51,122 nt of DNA from an uncultured Candidatus Saccharibacteria bacterium (GTDB taxonomy: Bacteria > Patescibacteriota > Saccharimonadia > Saccharimonadales > EFPC-124): assembly GCA_964405095.1 (NCBI GenBank), contig CAYOML010000007.1, positions 1-51,122 on the forward strand, written 5' to 3'. The position numbers and the translations under genes were made by a program. Positions 46,040 to 51,122 of the stretch are shown one piece after another. Below the pieces are notes generated by a model. It was not told where the DNA came from. It worked only from the letters and a program-made list of their open reading frames with translations, and did no database searches. How positions within the stretch are numbered: position 1 is the stretch's first letter; each line of letters starts with the position of its first letter.

Positions 46040-46691
46040 TTCGCCTCCACCCCAGTTTTTGCAGGAGTTTTCTCCTGCTTTTTTCGTTCCGCAAAATATG
46101 GTAAGCAGGTGAAGCTAGGCTAATTACTATTACAGCCAAAATTACTGGCATCACAACCGTCTCTACGCTAATTCCGTGTGCTTTTAACCATGCACCGCTG
46201 TAGTAGCCCAGATATGTTACCAGCGCCACCCACGCAGCTCCACCAACAAGGTTGTACAGCAAAAACCGCCTGTAATTCATGTTGCCAATTCCGGCTACTA
46301 CTGGCGCGAAGGTACGCACCACGGGAATAAACCGCGCTAGTACTATGGTTATCGGTCCGTATTTCTCGTAAAATTTTTCGGCGCGTTCTAGGTTGGATTG
46401 GTGAAATAATACCGAATCGGGTCTGCGGAAAAGGCGCCTGCCAAAACGCCTGCCAAATTCATAACCCACTAATACTCCGCTCACTGCAGCGATGAATAAA
46501 ATAAACACTAATAGGTGAATGTTGATCTGTAAAATACCTTGTTGTGCCAGGATGCCAGCGGCAAATAACAGTGTGTCGCCTGGGAAGAAAAACCCAACTA
46601 ATAGGCCAGATTCGGCAAAAATAATGCCTGCGACGCCAAGCACACCAATGGCACCTATAACTTCGTTTAGTTCTAACCCAAATAGCATCAA
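46026..46691 (-). CDS. DedA/SNARE-associated family membrane protein
   Basis: DedA motif VGFFFPGDTLLFAAGILA and multiple TM helices. Confidence 0.8.
   Translation of the reverse strand: MMLFGLELNEVIGAIGVLGVAGIIFAESGLLVGFFFPGDTLLFAAGILAQQGILQINIHLLVFILFIAAVSGVLVGYEFGRRFGRRLFRRPDSVLFHQSNLERAEKFYEKYGPITIVLARFIPVVRTFAPVVAGIGNMNYRRFLLYNLVGGAAWVALVTYLGYYSGAWLKAHGISVETVVMPVILAVIVISLASPAYHILRNEKSRRKLLQKLGWRRTKAD
46061..46084 (+). terminator. Rho-independent terminator GCAGGAG-TTTT-CTCCTGC + TTTTTT after paralog 3 (lies inside the annotated 3' end of the convergent DedA ORF)
   Basis: A 7-bp stem is followed by a T6 run. Confidence 0.55.
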
Positions 46692-46767
46692 CCCATTCTA
46701 CCATGCACCTCGAGGCTATATCTGCTATACTGGTCCTACTGACTGACGGGTGGAATGGAGAAGTTTG

Positions 46768-47472
46768 ATGGGTGACAAGATTGTTCTGACAGTTGAAGAG
46801 CGTACAGTTTTAGGTAAAAAGGTTAAGCAGCTGCGCAAGCAAGGTTTTGTGCCGGCTGTGGTTTACGGCCACGATGTACCTGCCAAATCTGTAATGGCGC
46901 CGATGAATGTGGCTGAAAAAGTTTGGCGCCAGGCCGGCAAGCACCACGTGCTCGAACTTACTATTGGTGATGGTGCCAAAAAACTGGCCATGATTAAGTC
47001 TGCCGATCTTGACCCGGTAAAGCGCCGCTTGCGCCACCTAAGCCTGCATGTTGTTAAGCAAAACGAAAAAGTTGAAACTGAAGTACCTGTTAAGATCGCT
47101 GGTGAAGGTGAAACCGAGGCCGAAAAGGCTGGTCTGGTTATTCTGCAAACGATTGAACAGGTTCAAATCCAGGCTCTGCCTAAAGATCTGCCAGACTTTT
47201 TGGAAGTCGATAGTGCTAAGTTGGTGGCCCACGAAGACCACGTAACGGTTGCCGATATTAAACCTGTAGATGGTGTGACAATTATGGCCGAGCCTGAGCA
47301 AATTGTTGCCACGGTTTACGAACCTAGCGCACTTGCTGCCCAGAACGACGCCGCTGCCGGTACAGCTACCGACGAAAGCGAAGTCGAAGCCGAAAACGGT
47401 GCTCCTGCCGAAGGCGAAGAACCTGCCGCCGAAGGCGAAGCTGCGCCAAGCGAGCAAGCTAAAAAAGAATAG
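46768..47472 (+). CDS. rplY: Ribosomal protein L25 / general stress protein Ctc, with an acidic Ala/Glu-rich C-terminal tail
   Basis: MGDKIVLTVEERTVLGKKVKQLRKQGFVPAVVYG. A GGAGAAG RBS is present. Confidence 0.85.
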   Translation: MGDKIVLTVEERTVLGKKVKQLRKQGFVPAVVYGHDVPAKSVMAPMNVAEKVWRQAGKHHVLELTIGDGAKKLAMIKSADLDPVKRRLRHLSLHVVKQNEKVETEVPVKIAGEGETEAEKAGLVILQTIEQVQIQALPKDLPDFLEVDSAKLVAHEDHVTVADIKPVDGVTIMAEPEQIVATVYEPSALAAQNDAAAGTATDESEVEAENGAPAEGEEPAAEGEAAPSEQAKKE

Positions 47473-47490
47473 AAAAATTTAAAACCGAAC

Positions 47491-49257
47491 CTAGTCTTCA
47501 ATAAACCCACCGGACTGATGTTTCCAAAGCCTTGCATAAACACCGTCCTTTTCGATTAGTTGTCTATGGCTGCCTTCTTCGACAATCTTGCCATCCTGTA
47601 AAACAATAATGCGGTCCATTTTTTGGATAGTACTTAAGCGGTGGGCAATGACAACGGCGGACCGGCCGCTCATTAGCTTCCACAGGGCAGCTTGGATTAG
47701 CTTTTCGCTTTCACTGTCCAGCGCACTTGTGGCTTCATCGAGTACCAGAATTGGGGCATCCTTAATTATGGCGCGGGCGATGGCAATTCGCTGCCGCTGG
47801 CCGCCGCTTAGTTTTATGCCGCGCTCGCCAACCAGGGTGTTGTAACCGTCGCGGAGTTTGGTTATAAACTCGTGTGCGTTGGCTTTTTTGGCTGCTCCCA
47901 CAACCTCTTCGTCAGTAGCCTCCAGCCGGCCGTAACGGATGTTTTCGCTGATGGTGCGGTGAAACATAACTGGTTCTTGCGGCACGTAGGCAATAGCATT
48001 CCTAACCTCAGCTAATTTGGCGGTGGCAATATTCTGGCCGTCAATCAGCAAACTACCGCTGGCTATGTCGTTAAAGCGAAGAAGTAGCTTTGTGACTGTG
48101 GTTTTACCGCCGCCGGAATGTCCAACAAGAGCTATCTTTTCGCCGGGTGAGATGTGCAGGTCAAAGTTAGTGAATAGTGGTTGGCCCTTTCTGGAACCGC
48201 GGTAACTGAAATCGACGTGATTAAAGTCAATCGCACCACGAGTTACCTCGAATGAAGCGGGATTAGCCACCTCCTTGATTCTGTTTGGTGTCAGTATTAG
48301 CTCGGTAAATTGGGCGGCTTCGGCGGTTGCAGTCTCTAGGCGCCGGTATATTTGGTTAAACTCCCAGATAATTCGCGTTGCCTGAACGTAGTAACTAAAG
48401 GTTATAAAAATCTGCGCCATCGTTGCGCCGTCATGGCCCAACATCACCGCCAATGCTAAGCCAACCGTGTTAATAAATACGTATATTGGCGATATTTTGA
48501 GCTCAATGTTGACGTTATGGTATCTCCAGGTGTCGAGCGTTTTATTCATGAAATCGTCAACATTTTGTTCGTGGCGAGTGAGCTCGTGGTCGTAACGGGC
48601 AAAGGCCTGCACGGCGTCCATGTTGCTAATGACGTCGGCGACATGCCCGGAAACTTTGTTTGAGGCTTCCTCGCGGATATCGACCAGCTTTTTGCGGCGA
48701 TGTATTAAGGGTCGGATTAGTAAAAACGTCAGCCCGATCATGCCCAGCAAAAACACAACCAACCAGGGTGAAAACTGCCACAGAACAATCGAGACAAATA
48801 TTAATGGCACAAGGTTGGCTGCTATGTCGAATACGATAGTGTCGAACCAACCTTCAAAATTGCGTCCGTAGGCCAATGCTCTTTTGGTAAGCGAACCGGC
48901 GAAGTTGTTATGAAAGAAACCTAAGTCTTTTTTACTAAGTTCGTGCAAAGCTTCTTTGTATAAATAACGCAGCGATCTAGATTCAAAGTTCTGTAGTAGC
49001 CAGAATGTTGTCCGCCACATAGTCTCGCCGGCGAGCCACACCCCTGCGAACGCCATCAAATATGGTAAAAGGTCATTAAAGTTGGGGAGTGTTCCGTTGA
49101 AGCGTTGTAGTACTGCTGCTACGACTAGCGGTGGAGCATAAAATACCAGTATTGCGCCTAATGACACGGCGATCAGTGACAGAATCGAAAACTTGCGGTA
49201 CCGCCACACAACTGCTATGTAGCGCTGAGTTGCGAGCTGAGTTGCATCTTTATTCAT
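47491..49257 (-). CDS. ABC exporter, fused permease + ATPase (MsbA/MDR type), subunit 1 of a tandem pair
   Basis: Six-TM domain, Walker A GHSGGGKTT, signature LSGGQRQR and Walker B ILVLDEATSALD. Confidence 0.85.
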   Translation of the reverse strand: MNKDATQLATQRYIAVVWRYRKFSILSLIAVSLGAILVFYAPPLVVAAVLQRFNGTLPNFNDLLPYLMAFAGVWLAGETMWRTTFWLLQNFESRSLRYLYKEALHELSKKDLGFFHNNFAGSLTKRALAYGRNFEGWFDTIVFDIAANLVPLIFVSIVLWQFSPWLVVFLLGMIGLTFLLIRPLIHRRKKLVDIREEASNKVSGHVADVISNMDAVQAFARYDHELTRHEQNVDDFMNKTLDTWRYHNVNIELKISPIYVFINTVGLALAVMLGHDGATMAQIFITFSYYVQATRIIWEFNQIYRRLETATAEAAQFTELILTPNRIKEVANPASFEVTRGAIDFNHVDFSYRGSRKGQPLFTNFDLHISPGEKIALVGHSGGGKTTVTKLLLRFNDIASGSLLIDGQNIATAKLAEVRNAIAYVPQEPVMFHRTISENIRYGRLEATDEEVVGAAKKANAHEFITKLRDGYNTLVGERGIKLSGGQRQRIAIARAIIKDAPILVLDEATSALDSESEKLIQAALWKLMSGRSAVVIAHRLSTIQKMDRIIVLQDGKIVEEGSHRQLIEKDGVYARLWKHQSGGFIED

Positions 49258-49260
49258 AGG

Positions 49261-51033
49261 TTATTCCTCAATAAACCCACCGGACTGATGTTTCCAGAGG
49301 CCAGCATAGACACCGTCTTTTTCGAGCAATTCCTTGTGTGTACCTTGTTCGACAATCTTGCCGTCTTCCAGGACCACAATGCTATCCATACGCTGAATGG
49401 TGCTTAAACGGTGAGCGATCACAATTGCCGTGCGGCCTTCCATTAATTCCCATAATGCCGATTGGATTAGCTTTTCACTTTCGCTGTCTAAAGCGCTGGT
49501 TGCTTCGTCGAGTACCAAAATTGGGGCGTCTTTTAACATGGCGCGGGCAATGGCTACGCGTTGTCGTTGGCCGCCACTTAACTTTATGCCGCGCTCGCCA
49601 ACCAGAGTGTCGTAGCCGTTCGGTAGCTTATCGATGAACTCGGTGGCATTGGCGCGCTGGGCGGCAAGGAGGACATCATCATTAGTGGCTTTAGGTGTGC
49701 TGTAGGCGATATTCTCGCGAATACTTCGGTGGAATAGCAACGGTTCTTGTGGTACGTATGCGATGGAACGCCGAAGGTCGGTCTGGCGAATGTCGGCAAT
49801 ATTCTGGCCATCAATACTTATTTCGCCCGAGTCGATGTCGGAGTAACGCAACAGAAGTTTTGTAAAAGTGGTTTTGCCAGAGCCAGAGTGTCCGATCAGA
49901 CCGATCTTTTTACCGGGTTCTATTTTCAGACTCAAGTCTTTAAATAGGGGCTCGTGCGCGTCGGGGTGGCTAAAGTAGACGTCCTTAAATTCTATCTTAC
50001 CCTTCTTTATTTGAGCATCTTGCGGGCTGGTTGAGTCTTGGACCTCACTCTTCAATGCAAGATTATCTAGCATTTGCTGCGAGTCACCAATTGCGCGGTT
50101 GTAATTGCGTAGTGTTTGGGTACTAAACTCCCACAACCTTTGAGTTAGATCGCCGGTGTAGGCAAGCATCAGGAACACAGCCGCTACATCAGCTCTAAAG
50201 AGGACGACGCTGGCGCAGGCAATAACTAACGCCGAAACATTTATGGTGCTCGTAAAGCTGCCGGACAAAATATCACGACGAGTTGTCACGCGCATTACGT
50301 GAGTAGTGGCTGCCCGGCTGGCTTCGGTAACGGCCGCATAGCGTTGGTTTTCGTAACCTTCGGCAGCGAAGCTCTTTATGGCCATAATGTTAGTCATACC
50401 ATCGGCCAAATAACCGGTTTGCTTGTTTTGAGCTTCGGCTTCGGCAGCGTTGGCGGCCCGAACTCTGCGACTGAATAAGTACATTGTCACCATGAAAATA
50501 AGGCTAATTACCCACAGCGCAATCACATACATTGGCGAGCGCGGCCACAAAATGAATGAAGCAAAGCTATAAGCCACAATCATAGTAACGATGTCAAACC
50601 AAGTACTATCAGCAAAACGTATGTATGCACCGGCTAACTTGTTGGTCTGCGATACTAACGAACCGCCAAAGCGATTAGCATGGAAGGTCGAGCTTTGATT
50701 TATAAGGTGCTCGAAGACTTCTTGATGGATGTCCCTAGTTACCAACATCTCCAGCTTCCAGATCAAAATCACCGAAATTCGCCATAAAACAATCCCGCCC
50801 AAAAAGACAAGGGCAGCGTAAGTCATAAGTGATGGTCCAAAACTGCCCCACAGGTCGTTCCTTGTAAAGTCACCGTGGCTTACGCGGTTTATGACATCAG
50901 CAGCAACAAGCGCCGGCAAAAAGGCGTTGAATAACACACTGAGGGGGATGAATATGGCAAGACCCACAATATACTTTGGGTACTTGCGCATATGGCCCCA
51001 GAAATACTGGACCGTCTGCTTTGCAGCTGCCAT
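49261..51033 (-). CDS. ABC exporter, fused permease + ATPase, subunit 2 (paralog of the preceding gene)
   Basis: Walker A GHSGSGKTT and LSGGQRQR. The C-terminal 40 codons are near-identical to the neighbour at the DNA level. Confidence 0.85.
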   Translation of the reverse strand: MAAAKQTVQYFWGHMRKYPKYIVGLAIFIPLSVLFNAFLPALVAADVINRVSHGDFTRNDLWGSFGPSLMTYAALVFLGGIVLWRISVILIWKLEMLVTRDIHQEVFEHLINQSSTFHANRFGGSLVSQTNKLAGAYIRFADSTWFDIVTMIVAYSFASFILWPRSPMYVIALWVISLIFMVTMYLFSRRVRAANAAEAEAQNKQTGYLADGMTNIMAIKSFAAEGYENQRYAAVTEASRAATTHVMRVTTRRDILSGSFTSTINVSALVIACASVVLFRADVAAVFLMLAYTGDLTQRLWEFSTQTLRNYNRAIGDSQQMLDNLALKSEVQDSTSPQDAQIKKGKIEFKDVYFSHPDAHEPLFKDLSLKIEPGKKIGLIGHSGSGKTTFTKLLLRYSDIDSGEISIDGQNIADIRQTDLRRSIAYVPQEPLLFHRSIRENIAYSTPKATNDDVLLAAQRANATEFIDKLPNGYDTLVGERGIKLSGGQRQRVAIARAMLKDAPILVLDEATSALDSESEKLIQSALWELMEGRTAIVIAHRLSTIQRMDSIVVLEDGKIVEQGTHKELLEKDGVYAGLWKHQSGGFIEE

Positions 51034-51122
51034 TACGAGACTCCTAAGATTTTATAGAACATTGATTGTTTGTTTCGCGACTCTAATCGGCTCGTCCGAT
51101 CCGTCAAACGACCAGAGGACAT

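Noticed and set aside
47491-51033. Near-identical 3' ends of the two ABC genes as a repeat or mobile feature.
   Set aside because: Explained by tandem paralogy (heterodimeric exporter pair). The similarity is confined to the coding C-termini.
1-51122. CRISPR arrays, rRNA genes, additional tRNAs, integrases or transposases.
   Set aside because: No regularly spaced direct repeats, no rRNA-like sequence, and no further tRNA T-arm/acceptor signatures. GGTTCAAATCC at about 47160 is inside rplY coding sequence. No recombinase-like ORFs were found.

Overview
This 51 kb window looks like a slice of a small, streamlined bacterial chromosome of about 48-50% GC. The gene content and several short proteins resemble Patescibacteria/CPR (Saccharibacteria-like); that is an inference, not a database result.

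Most of the window is housekeeping. It starts with the 3' end of a tRNA-Glu. It then encodes ppsA, an adenylate-kinase-like protein, pgk, tpiA, a UvrD/PcrA helicase, a NUDIX protein, rsmA, metG, an HD hydrolase, tatD, a cysteine desulfurase, mnmA, alaS, ftsA, ruvX, mltG, obg, sbcB, uvrA, rplY, DedA and a tandem pair of ABC exporters. Several of these genes have TATAAT-like boxes only 5-12 nt upstream of their start codons, which suggests leaderless transcripts.

The most unusual region is a low-GC (~40%) island of about 3.7 kb at roughly 42345-46090, wedged between uvrA, a divergent NUDIX-like gene and a convergent DedA gene. It encodes three paralogous ~190 aa proteins plus one Gfo/Idh/MocA-type NAD(P) oxidoreductase, under a near-consensus promoter. 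Each paralog fuses an N-terminal Rcl/DNPH1-like domain (2'-deoxynucleoside 5'-phosphate N-hydrolase, nucleoside 2-deoxyribosyltransferase superfamily) to a C-terminal Arc/MetJ-type ribbon-helix-helix DNA-binding domain. The three paralogs differ at the position of the catalytic glutamate (E, Q and M). A perfect 8-5-8 inverted repeat sits in the divergent promoter region. I read this as a candidate, apparently undescribed, nucleotide-sensing regulatory or defence-like module.

Second, there is a palindromic repeat family of about 85 bp, with a GC-rich CACGTGG/GGGGCGGCCCC core and an AT-rich centre. It is present in two intergenic copies in opposite orientations, and a third diverged copy is inserted in frame inside tatD. 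That resembles Rickettsia palindromic elements.

Third, a ~122 bp MITE-like element with ~29 bp terminal inverted repeats and a 7-bp target-site duplication sits upstream of pgk.

There are also scattered high-GC patches (about 60%) with small ORFs, an SPFH-family gene, an actinobacterial-style RpfB-like protein (DUF348-G5-transglycosylase) and a BldC-like protein. These hint at horizontal acquisition. GC-rich perfect hairpins act as bidirectional terminators.
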